Shown here: piece after piece, positions 1 through 12,390 of the stretch
Layout: each line of letters starts with the position of its first letter
Position numbering within the stretch: the first letter of the stretch is position 1
Assembly (NCBI GenBank): GCA_973851085.1
Contig: OZ316776.1
Location: forward strand, 1,736,001-1,800,000
Direction of reading: 5' to 3'
Length of the DNA stretch: 64,000 nucleotides
Source: Ptychomitrium polyphyllum
Lineage: Eukaryota
Position numbers and translations under genes: made by a program
Notes under the pieces: model-generated
Database searches by the model: none
Told to the model about the DNA's origin: nothing
What the model saw: the letters and a program-made list of their open reading frames with translations, nothing else

Positions 1-96
1 GTACGATTTAATATGCTAATGATTTGTCTGGAAATGCTTGATTGCTGGCGTAATACCATGATTAAATAATGATATAATCGAATGTGTAGTTTTCAG

Positions 97-2899
97 AGCG
101 ATTCAGTACAGAGTCTGGCAGGCGCAATAGCAAGTGGCAGTGCAAATTTGGGTTATGTTCCTGCATCTGTGACTTCTGGTCTTCCTTTGCCCCGCCGAGA
201 ATGTCCAACTTGTGACGGCACGGTATGTTGAAGACATTGGTTTCTCCCAAATGTTTATTTTATGTTTGAGCGGGTGGAAGTTTTTTATTACTGCATACAA
301 TTTCTAGAGAAGGCATTTCTCCATACTTTTATGTTGTAGCTCGGACCTTGTTAGAAACTACTTTTGTGTTGGTAGTGCGTGTGTATTAATTCATGCATGT
401 GGATTTTCAGGGAGTTATGACGTGTAAGAAGTGCAAAGGCGAGTCATGGAAACCAAAAATGAACTTTGACGACGTAATCCACCATCCTCTGGAACTTTGA
501 CATCTTTTTGACAACTGTCCTTTGGAGGAATTTAGGTTGATGGATTTGTAATCGCATCACGTTTTGCGGAGGGGTCATCATTGCTGGAATAGATTTTGCT
601 GCATGTTTGATCTCTAGTTTTACTGATTTTTACTTACGATTAGTCATTTCGTTTCACAGGCTAATGTTCCGGGTTTTGTTAATGCAGATAATGGATGTTC
701 CTTGGAAAGCGTGGAATGTTTACAGGAAGACAACACCACCTACTGAGGTGCATGTTCACACCTATGAGTACCTTTTGTTTTGCAACTTTAGATCATATGC
801 AATACTGTGTCAACAAGGTGAGTTTTTAAGGAGCTAGAGTGGAGGTAGTTTAATGCATAGACCTTCAAAGGTGAAGGTGATGATGGTAAAATGAGTATTT
901 TAGGAACGATTCTCCTTAGAAACTACCCTCTTATTACATTCTTTTTTAGTTGTAGTAAACGTCTTTATTATTGTGGGGTGAATGTCGAACTAATTTTAAC
1001 ATGATACTCAGGGTTCTGTCCCAGCAACCCCTTCCCTGGTGACCATGATGATTCTGAGCTTAACTTGCTATCTCTGATGCAGTCACAAGATAAATTGATG
1101 GCAAATCCCGATTTAGCTCGATGGATGATGTTCGAGAAGCCTGCTATTGAGAGCGGTGTAGAGTATGATGAAGATGTTAAAGAGAAAATGTGGAGGGAGT
1201 ATAAGGTGGGCCACTTATTTCCTACTTCACTTTATGTAGTAGCAGCTGAATTTACATTCTGGTTGAGAAGTCATTTTTGAGTCACGAGTGCTCGAACTCT
1301 CTGAACTACTGACTGTTCATAAGGATACTGCTCTGCTGATGAGTATTTACCTCGTTTGAGCATGCTTACTAATCTACACAAAGCTATCTGTCATGGCTAT
1401 ATAGGATAAGAGGCGCTATGACGAACTGCGTGAGAAAGTGGAAAATAGAGAACCTGGCTGGGAGATCTTACAACAGGTTTGTATATCTTGAGCGCACAGA
1501 AACTACGGCATGAGTAATGAATAGAGCTTCTGAGTACCTTGTTGCATTTGGACTTTCACATACAAGTCGTTGCCAGAGCTGCAGAGATTTGTGGAGGTTA
1601 CTGTGCACTCTCATAATGGACCTAGGAACTCTGGGCAGTAAATGGTGAAAGAAAACTAACAAGTTGGAATGTATGGGGAGCAGGGTTTAATGAACATAAA
1701 TCCAGAACGAGCAAGGTTAGACCCTATAATAGTGCAGAATGTACCTTTTTATAAAGCTCAATTACAAGTTCAAGCTGAAGTGGATCAGCTGCAACCTCCT
1801 CCAAGGCCTGCAAATTGGGGGGTGAGTCTACGTGCTCTAGTTTTATTCTTCTGCATCTGGCATTTAAAGTTATCGAATTGAAGTACATGTGTGCAGTTTC
1901 CACATCAGTATTACGTGAAATTTTAAGCGTACAAAGCTTTTTTGGAGTTCTATCTGCTTCCTAAGCTTTTGCACAGGAGAGTGAAATAGTTAGCTTTAAT
2001 GATATAGCTAACCTTCTGAGTTCTGTTTGTGGTGAAGGATGTGAAAATGCCTTTGTCAGAAGCGGATTGGAAGAAGGAGGATTTGAAGAATCCTCAGGTG
2101 AGAGAAGAGATGGAGACATTACTCAAGACCCAGGAAGGAATTTATGGAGCATTGTTGGACAGCGCGTGGGAAAAGCAATGGCGGGACCAGCAGGTTGACT
2201 ATCTGGACTAGCCAGCTTTCTTGATTCTAGCAAGTATCGCAGTGTAATGTTATAATTTACTTTGAGTGGATATGTTGTCGAAGAATCCGTCAGGAGTTGT
2301 GATTTATCTTTTCTGATTAGGATTCTCAGTGATACAAGCAGTTTTTTATTCAACTCTTTTCTATCCTCACACGGTTGGTAAAAATATATCACTTACTCGG
2401 AACTTTTCTACGTGTGGACTTCGTAGAAAAGCGAGTGCATCCTGAGAGATCTATTGAGAAATCAGCGGTGGATGTGTGCAGTTTGAGGCAATCAGCAAGG
2501 CAAAGATAGAGGCTTTCTTACAGGCCAAGCAGGAGGAAGGACAGAATCCCCGACCCTCTCCAGTTCCAAACATGAAAGAGGGATCTGGGAAGAGCTCTCC
2601 AGCAAGTGCAAGAGATACCAAAGCCTCTACACAGGTTTATGCTTCTACCGCCTTGTGAAGTATGCGTTGTGAAGCATCGCCAGAAATACTTCCATTTTAC
2701 TTAGTTTCTGAGTCCTACCAGATGTTAAATCCGTGTGTTTGTCTTAATGTTGCCTTTGCAGAGAGGTGGCGGGAAGAAGGCCTCTGATGACAAGAAAAAG
2801 AGGGAACGGCAAGAGAGGGCTGAGAGATTGGCCAAGCAGGCCGCAGAGCGTGAAGCGGCCCTTGCAAAGAGCAAAACTGCTCGAGCAAGGAGAAGCTGA
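97..2899 (+). CDS. EMB2737: EMB2737-like plastid protein with DnaJ-type Cys-rich motifs; 5'-truncated by the window edge
   Basis: Manually spliced GT-AG exons 97-222, 411-473, 688-747, ~1084-1205, ~1406-1477, 1684-1821, 2038-2193, 2482-2634, 2762-2899. They give ...ECPTCDGT/GVMTCKKCK...DD/IMDVPWKAWNV...EYDEDVKEKMW...RYDELREKV...PGWE...DPIIVQNVPFYKA...PPPRPANWG...WEKQWR, collinear with the recalled Arabidopsis EMB2737 motifs. Stop TGA at 2897-2899. Confidence 0.88.
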
Positions 2900-4321
2900 T
2901 TGTGGCATCAGCTGTAGCCAGGATCCTTGTTCTTTTTTTAGGAGTAGCTTCAGATATGAGAACATTTTCTTAATGAATTCCACTTTGTGTGTTCAGTTCC
3001 TGGACACTGTCTGTTCCAGTTCACATCATTCGTGCTTTCTATGTTGAATATGAACTACGACCAGAATATATGGAGGAATTGCAACTAGTGTTAAATATTT
3101 CAACATGTTTATTGCTTTACAATTGCTAACTAGGACTTTTACATTCTCCGCATACTCATGTCCCTTTGGAAAAAGGTTGTTCTTTGTTCATTACCTTTCT
3201 TGTGTTGATTTTCTAACCATATCCTGCACTTTTTATTTGATTTCATATCTCGAAATAAAAGATATGTTTCAAAGATTTCTGGAGATCTATTATAAAATAC
3301 TATTTGAATAAACATTTTAGAACGGATGTGCAAATAAAAGTTTGAATTATAGTTTATATCTACATGATTACATGATTAGATTTAGACATTATATCACCAA
3401 TAATATTGTATAAAATCTGTTAATAACATTTTCAAACTTTTCAAAAATCAATTATAAATGAAATATTACCACTTTTTGAATGAAAGTTGTTATAATGGAT
3501 TTGAGATGTGATATGTCAAATGTGGTGGTTTTTTGAAATTTCCCAATTGCATAAATTTATAATTTTACAAATTTCAAATCGAAATTTATGAAAAGTTTGA
3601 TTTCATATACTTCTATTTCATTGTTTACATAAAACTAGTACAAAGTCCATTTTAGAATCCAAATTATTGAATTTATAGCTTAAAAACTCATTGACTTTAA
3701 CAAAAGTGGCTTTAAATGGCATTTGGGTTCTTATAAATCTAAAAATAAAGTATATTGATAATATGGTTTTATAGTGATAATTGTATTGGTAGCTAAAAGC
3801 TATGGTTATCATTGTTGTTATTTCTTACATTGAAAAAAAATTGTTTCTTGTGTAGTTTACAAAACATAAAAATAAGCGTAAATAATTATAATCAAATGTC
3901 AATTTTGATCAAAATTCCAATTTTTGCATATTTTAAAATTTCAAATAAAACATGTGCAAACTTTTATAAATAAATACATAATACATCAATGAGAATAAAC
4001 ACTAAAAAAAACTTCCAATGAATTGATTAATTACATTGGTAGTTCATTATTTATAAAATGTAAATATTTATAGTATTACTTATATTTTTAGGGTTTGTAT
4101 TAAAGAATCAAACTTATTATCAATTATAGGTCTTATTAATTGTACTTTTGTAATTGGAATTAGTACTAAGATTTTTTATATATATCATGCAAATAATTAC
4201 AAGCATTAAAAATAACTACAATTGTATTGAAGAATATAAATGCCATGGCTTTAAAGTTTATTATTTTTTTAATAAAGATTATAGCTAACTTTTGTATGTT
4301 CATATCTATATACCTTGTTAT

Positions 4322-4746
4322 TATGAGGAATATAAGAAATAAAAAACTAAATATGAAGTGATTTCAAAATTTAGCCTAAAATGAGCTATTAAATAACAAG
4401 AATTGATGCAAAAACTAGAAATAAAAATAACACAATGGATACTAAGGTACACTTCATATTGCCTTTAATTTATACAATAAAGCCTATATTTTCTAAAATA
4501 CTTCAAAAAAAGCTTCTTACAAAGCTATAGAATGTTTTGAAGGTTTATGGAATCTTTTTGAAAAGTCTTTTAAGGAAGTGGAAGCTACTCAAAGCTTTTT
4601 AGAAGCTATTAGAAGTTGCTTGAAGCTTCTTCTAAGAATCTATTGGAAACTACTAGAAGGTGCTTAGCAGTTCCTAGAAGCTTATAGAAGATTCTAAAAG
4701 ATTCTCAAAGGTTTTTAAGATTATGTTATAATATATGGATATGAAA
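4322..4746 (-). mobile_element. Highly decayed solo LTR of the same gypsy family as the 20.7-27.3 kb element
   Basis: The reverse complement aligns by eye with the LTR consensus: U5 end, TATA region, GAAGCTTCT/TTCTAGAA repeat block. Boundaries are approximate. Confidence 0.7.
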
Positions 4747-5784
4747 GTTGTACATCTTATGTGCTTTCTAAAGATTTCTAAGACTTCAAAGCTACTTTAG
4801 TTTTGAATCTAATTATATTTTTTTAGCTTTTTTATTTAAAAAGAAATTATAATTCTATCTATTGATGAATCCTTCCATCACAAAAGGCCAATAACTTTTT
4901 GACACTATATATAGTCAAATTTATGATATTTTGTTTTGGAATTAAAATTTGAATATGACTTAGAATAATACATTCCATATATATTATAAAATTTTGCATT
5001 ATAATATATACATAAGATACTTTAAAAGTAACCATGTAATCTTCTTGAGAATATTTAAAGAATACATTATGAATTTTTGATTTTAAGATTATTTTTGTTT
5101 TTTCATATCTTCCAAACAACATCCCTTTATAATATGTAATATCATATTCTTACATTCTATTTACAAATGGAACCAAGAAAAAAACCTAAGTTTAAAGTTT
5201 ATACACCCTATAAACCACCAAATTTTCATTGAATATTAATGAAATTTGTTCAATTTCATTTAAGTACCAATAATAAGTGTAAAAGATATTAGAAATTGAA
5301 TGAGTATGGCGTAAAATCATTAAAATCAAATATTGTCATCTTAACATCCTTTTGTAAACTAAGTTGCAATCTTGTGGGGATTGATTTTAATTGATGCAGC
5401 TATGTGAAATAATAGTATTCATGAAAAGAGTACAAGGTTAGTATTTCTTAGTCAAGAAGAATTCTCTCCAATACTAGTAAATGATGTGAGCTAAATATTA
5501 GGATATTTTTCAAACATTAAAGGAAAAAATATGCCTTATTATAAAATATATGAAATATCTACAAATACACTGGTAAATAATATAAGTTACTTCAAAAAAA
5601 ACTTAAGAATTTCTTGGAAAAGATTTATATCTTGTCCCATAAACATTTTCTCAAATTATGGAATATCTCATTTATATTAAAAGTTCCATACAACACCAGT
5701 CATTTCTTACACATTTACCAAATGTAAGAAGAATCACCCTCTTTGAAGTTTCTTCTTGCAACCACTTCAGAATTGCCACCGATA

Positions 5785-6155
5785 CGCAGTACACAGTGTA
5801 GTAGACTACACGGTATGAGAGAGTACACAATACACAGACTCATAGATCATAGCATAATAGAAAGCATAACATTGTAGTGTACACAATACGTAGTGCAGTA
5901 GAGTACCACAATCCACAGCTTCTGGCAGCCCCGGATTCTTTCAAGAAATAAGTAGTGCATTGTTACTGCACGGTACTGTACTCTACAATACAATCCTATA
6001 CTGTACCAAAGAGACAATGCTATCTTCATTCGTATAGTATATGATACTCCACTATCCTGTATTGTACTGTACTCTGCAATCATATATCGAATTCTATACC
6101 ATACGGTACAAGATATTGTCATTCTACTACTCTATCCTATACTGTACATACAATC
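5785..6155. repeat. Degenerate pentamer-like simple repeat (TACTG/TACAC/TACAA/TACTC)
   Basis: Recurring units such as gtactgtactctacaatacaatcctatactgtac, attgtactgtactctgcaat and ctactactctatcctatactgtac. Confidence 0.6.
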
Positions 6156-6677
6156 GTGTGTAATTACGTTATACCGCCTGACATAGTCTGTGAGCAGAGT
6201 GTCGGCGCAGGCTAAGTTTGTGCTGTGCCGGCCTAACGCGCTTGAGTTTCTTTGATCTATGTTTCGCAATTCTCACCACGTCCGGAGCTTTTAGAAGAGA
6301 GTTTGTGGTTCACTGCAAACATCTGCGCATACCCGGAGAGATGGTTTTTTTGGTACTCATCGTTATTGGTTCTTGCTGTGCTTACATGTGTTTGCTTCGA
6401 GTGGGCAGTCTTCACAGTGTGTGAGTAGTAGCTGTGGATCTAGATTTTTGGTTGTAGGGCTTGGTTCTGAGTCGTTCGAGGAGGTCCAAAACTCGTCTGC
6501 AGTGTGAAGTTCGTGTGTTGTTGAGAGCCTCATGACATTCGGTCTTTTGTCGTTGTTCGTTCCTTTCATCGCTGAAGACACAGTCTTGTCTCCTTCGGAA
6601 CACTAGCACCTCCACGTTGCTTACAGCAGGCACGAAAAGGAAGCGCGTCCCATCAAGCATTAGTGCAGCAGCCATGG

Positions 6678-7260
6678 ATGGGAAACACAAGCGAGATGGC
6701 CCGCCACTTCAATGGATTGAAACTGTTAGAGCCTTCGGGTTCGATGGGTGCATCCAGCAAACTCAGAGAGCATCTTCTTTGCCGACTTTCACAGCAGGCA
6801 GCGAGAGCATGACGGTGGAGAGGATGGAGAGTGAGAATTGCACTACTCCCAGCATTTGAGGATTACATCTAGACTTCCAAGTCTCATTGGAGTGAGCTGG
6901 TGGAGTTGGACTTCGACGAAGAGGATTTAATGGTGCAGATCGACAACGTGGAAGTGTTCCAGGCTCTGCAATCGCATTCCACATGGTCCTTTCTTCATCA
7001 CGTTTGGGTATGGTAGTGAATTTTTCCCAAGTGCTGGTGGGTTGGAGGTGGGAGAGAAGTTTGCGAAGGCTGAGCGGGCTGAGCTCTATCATGCCCAGGT
7101 CAAGGGGCGACATCTACATGATAACGAGCGTGATCTGAACAGGGGAGCTGATTAATGTTTGAAGGTGTTCAAGAAGGGAACATTTTTGTGCAAATTGCAA
7201 TTACAGCTGCCTCACGGATTGTTGCAGGACCGTGTATGAGAATGACAGTTCTCGAGATCG
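6678..7260 (+). pseudogene. Protein kinase pseudogene fragment (N-lobe start; resembles bryophyte-expanded TKL/Raf-like kinases)
   Basis: Joining frames gives ...WSELVELDFDEEDL...FITFGYGSEFFPSAGGLEVGEKFAKAERAELYHAQV...CLKVFKKGTFLCKLQLQLPHGLL. This resembles a degenerate subdomain I (xAEGGQAELY) and subdomain II Lys (LKVFK). In-frame stops and frameshifts are present. Confidence 0.5.
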
Positions 7261-8020
7261 GGAGGCCTCGACTGCTGAAGTACAATTATTGGAGCCCCAT
7301 TGAACTCGACTCTGAATAACTTGAGCCAGTCTGTTCGTCACCTTGAACATCTTCAATACACTCGACTCGCACAAATTGATCAAATAGATTCTGTATTTTT
7401 CATGCTGTTGTTGTAAGATTGCCAAATGTCACATATTATCACTACAAGAGTGTCATCGTGAAGCGCCAGTAATAATTGTCTCTAATTACAAACAGTAGTG
7501 TCTTCACTACTTTTATGTAATCTGCTGATTATTTACCCAAAAGCAGTGTCTGGAAGCAATGTGATTGAAAACCACGAGGTACAATGTTGCTCATGGTGAA
7601 CAGTCACGAGTCTTTATGACCTGTACAGTAATTTTCGTCACAGAAGCTGAATGACAGGAGTCCCATTCACGGCATTGAAAAAGACTCTACCAAATTGTTG
7701 AATTCTCTGATATGAAAAGTGAGACGTCATATTTACGTTCCAATCATCAAAACTAGTGGTTACCATAGACTCGTCCTCTACATTGTCTCTAATCCGCAGA
7801 GAATCAGGAACTCAAGCATATTCAACAGCAGCTAATCTTGAACCTTCGGTGTTAGTGATATATAGACCTAACCTACTCGAACTTGAGTCTTTACCTTGTT
7901 TTCAAGGCAGACTAACCACGAATTTTATCAACTTGTCCAGCACCATTCCGATGCTGAAAGATGGCTCCCTGGTGATGGCTTATGACTACAAAACTTGTAC
8001 AAAAGTTTGCAAGTTTATCA

Positions 8021-11000
8021 CTATTGTGAACTGTCACCTAATAAAGGCACCGTCAAAGTGTCGCCATTCAGACCATGCGTCGTCATTTGATCTATTCGAG
8101 CCTCCTTTTCAACTTGCCGAACCTTGTTCACTGCTTGCTGTCCCTGCTTTGACAAGCCCATTTGCTGCAACGCATATCAACAGTTCTTAAAATGTGTAAT
8201 CATTAAAATAATTCCCTTTTCGTGCATGTTTAGACTATTTAGTATTATCAATTTGCTAAAACCTAGACTAGAAGTTCTCAAGAAAGATAATTTCTCATCA
8301 CTGTTCATAGTTCATGCTTTGTTTATAAGGGCAGAGCAATATACTCTTCGTTCGGTCTTCAGAAAGCCTTCTGCAGTGAGTACTACATCTTCTCTTTCAA
8401 AACCCCAGACCTGGTGATACCATTAATTGTTCCAAGACGGTGTCATATCAGAAAGGTTTCATGCACTTGGGAAAACCAGGGTATTTTATATGCTTACTTC
8501 ACCAGAGCAGGCCTTTCATGTGATTCACATCGTTAGGATTAAACTAAGAATATAATATAAAGATATGGGCTGGTGCCTTACCGGACTACGTAAAGATCCA
8601 ACCCGACGTACCAATGATCCACCTCTATTCACACCGTGAGCTGCCGCCGCTGCCACTCGTACCCTACATAAATGCAAAATACGAAGGTGACGTTTGATAT
8701 AATATATTGTGGTGCTATACCACGGCCAGTCATCATACTAGGGTCAAATTATATACAAGTACAATTCAAGATTTCTGAATGAAGATTATCAATGCATATC
8801 ATGATACGGCTCTAACTGAATCACTTACTTCTTATGCACATCGATGTACTCATCTGTCTCATCCACAATCTCCTCCTGTAGAATATGAAGAAAGAAATCA
8901 GTAAGTAGACAAACGGTGCACTTAGTTTGCTCAAATACAGATATGCAACAAAATCCTATAACCCAAAGATGGTATGATTGAGCAGATTTTTTTCAACCAT
9001 ACTTGCAAAAGCTCCTCCATAACATCCTCCAACGTTATGATGCCGATAACTTCACCATCTTCTAGATCATCATAATCATCACCATTTTCCTCGAGTTGTT
9101 TGCTTTCGTCTGCATGCAAAGGATCTCCAACACCGCTTTCCAAGTCTGCTTCTCCATTCATATCCAATTTCTCTACCTTTTCACTGCCATTGAGATCGTT
9201 GCTACGAATACTTTTTTTCTTGCCCTTTACTTTTGTTACGGCTGCCATGTGGCTCCCTCCCTTCTGGAATTCGTTCAAAATATCGTACAATGGCATATCA
9301 CTGGGCACTCTGTAAATTGGAAACAAATGCTCAACGTCTGCTTGAAAACTTCGCAGTCATCGTTTTCGAACTACCGCACCATACAAACACAACAAAGGAA
9401 GTGGGTATTCTGAGTAAGGATGACACTATATCCCACATATACAACAGAAAGAACAATGCCGCATGACTGACGTTGAAAGAGATCGACTACAAGCAATTTC
9501 AAAGTTTAAGTTGCTAAAGATTTAAAGTCCTGTCCTGGATCACACCAAGAACTCACCTAGGAATCCTCCTAATAGAAACAGCGCTAACAGGAGTCTCAGC
9601 CTCAGCGCGAACTGTCAGTAGACTTTTCACCTGCACAGAGTCAGGGAATATAGGACCGATAGGCCACTTGGTATGTAATCATCAAGAAGATCACTTAATA
9701 TTTATTACAATTCTAAGAACGTTCTTCTTCATCAACTGTCAATAGAAACAAGTAGTATATAATTTACATTATGTATTAAGAGGAAAAAATTTAAAAACAT
9801 CAAAAGTCAAGGGGTGTATGCTTCGTTTCATTGGTCAATACTGTCCATCACTAAGCTAGTTCTTAGAGCAACGTAAAGAACTGATATTCATTCTAGATGG
9901 ACCTTTCCATCGTCTGGAATTGATTCACCGACAACTAGACAAATTCAGGACAACGAGATTGCATACCAATAAAACACCAATAAGATTGCGAGGACTTCCT
10001 TCGTAAACCGGAACACGGCTGTGCCCTCGAGCCATTATTTTCCCTAACACTTCCCTGCAAGTAAATATATGGTGAATTGAAAGTAACGAAGGAAATAGGT
10101 ACGTCACGACACGGCAAGCATGAAATTTTGAAGAAGCTAAGATCACCATTCACAAATCTTTAGCAAGCAATCAACTGGAAATACGACACAGAAAGAAAAT
10201 GCAGATTAAATATCAAGTTCTAAATCGCAACAACCATCCTATTGCATAACGTCCAATTTCATTCTATCCGAGATGACATCATACAAATAGGATGGTCTTT
10301 CAGAATCCGGCATCCAATAGAGACGTACCAATCCAGTTTGGTATGGACATCAAATGAGAATGTTGATTCAATTGGCGTCATTGAATCCAGGGCAGTCTGA
10401 ACAAGTCATCATAGGAAAGATAAATCGACTGTTGGAGCCACATAAATCTCATCAAAGCCCTCCAGGAGGCCTCCTTAAAAGCATGCATTATATTTTTTAA
10501 AACTACAGTATGGAGTTTTCGAAGAAGTCTGTAAATAATTGAACTGCTAAAGCTGTAGAGTTCTTTCCATACTCAAAAAGCTCTTCCACTTCAGTTAATA
10601 CTTGCACAGCCAACAATCAACATAAACATGAACTGAAAGGAAGGCAAATGCACCTTCTCAATCATGTCTAGAGCACCCTGAATGATTGTAGTCTCGTCGT
10701 GTGTTAACTCTCCACCCTTTCCAGCCTACAGTCAGACATTCGAAAATAATTACGATGAGAAGGTGACTATCATTCAGGATTTCCAAAGACCAACTCTGAA
10801 GACCTAGTGAATCTGATGGTTGTACATGTAAAACAAGCCAATTGCAGGACAGAAAGAGTAAGTGTTCATCTTGCACTACAGCCATATAGCCTACCTCTCT
10901 TCCATGAATTGAAACCAGTGCCTTCAGTTGCGCTCGCCTAAACAATGCAGAATCATTGTGCCCCAATAAATGGTCCAGAATCTGCATTCAGAAACCAAAC

Positions 11001-12390
11001 TGTTTTTCTTAGAGACTGCCCTATATGAGAAACTATGATTCAATTCTTACCTCTCAAACCATCACAAGTAAAAGTTGAATGTTTGTTACAAGATTGTGCA
11101 CCTAGATAGTTCCTCAGATTTACCTCTAGAAAATGAGTACAAGGTAGGGTTTACCTTGCCGACAGGATAAGAGATGGGCCAGCACAGAACCATGAGAATC
11201 TTCACCAACCAGATGAGATTTGCGCCGATCGCAAGTCCATGTCTTGAGCAAAGTGCTTGAGGAATCACCTGCTCGGAATATCAGTAGCATTGTAATACTC
11301 TTAATGTTAAAGAAAATGACACTCTGATGCTGAGAGAAGGGCAGAGTAGGCAATCACGTTATTACATTTAGCACCTCACTCACATTTCAAGAGTGTGAGC
11401 ATGTGCTGTACCTCTCCAAAGGCAAGTACGAAAGTAACCGATAAAATCACAGCCACGACTTCATTAAACATGTCGTCGAGAAATATGGGCAGGGCCTGTG
11501 TCAAACGACCAAGCATCAACATCAAACATCTAATTATTGCGTGGAAAATCTTGCGCATCAACGACTTTAGTGCAGGAGATAAGGAATGATTCTTTATGAC
11601 GCAGAATGCCAGTGCCGGTCGGATCGAATTCATTCAGTTCTCAGTCCTCAACAAATTTCTGAGCTGGCAACAAAAACTTACATTGCAGTGCAGACTGTGA
11701 TCAGCTCCATGTATGTTATGTCACATTCTAAAAATACAGGACAGGGCCACTCACCTCCATAGCCGCTGCATTGCAAAGAAGCAATGTCACGAGAAGTTGG
11801 TGCTGTTTTCGCACTACAGGCACGATTTTAGCTGCCAAGTGATCAATTCAGAACACGTAAATTTGTGCAACTCAAACTCGTATTAATCGAGCTCATTGGC
11901 AACCGTAAAGGGATTTGCATAGTCTTTGCAGAAATTTAGTTTCACGATTTGAGCAATGTGGGAAATGAGAAAAAAGTATGTGAGCTTGAAGACTGAACAC
12001 GACCAAAGAAAAAACACAGAGGCTAGAATACAGGAGTCAAAGAGTGTAAGGGACACGACAAAATAGGAAAAAAAGAAAACCAAATGCCAAGGAAAAACGG
12101 AATGGAAAACCGAAAACCAGAAAAGAAAAATTCCGTACGGTAATGGTTGGAGGGAACATACTGGCCTGCTCTTTTTCCTCCTCGGTACCACTCTGCTGAA
12201 GGACCTCCAAATCCATCAGTCCGAGCGACATGAGACCCAATGTAAGTCCCGACATTATGCCTGCAAACAGGACCAAAAAGACAGAAATGCCAGCCGATAT
12301 CCACCACCATGGCTGCTTGTAGGGCGCTGGATCATCCCCTCCCGCAAATCGCATTGAGTGACTCAATCCAAGCAATCCTAAGAGCACCAT
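8021..12390 (-). CDS. DUF21 + CBS domain membrane protein (CNNM/CBSDUF family, putative Mg2+ transport)
   Basis: ATG at 12390. Exons encode [143 protein letters not shown]. The last exon 8143-8021 ends [11 protein letters not shown]. Confidence 0.95.

Noticed and set aside
6763..7113. 116-aa minus-strand ORF
   Set aside because: Antisense shadow of the + strand kinase relic.
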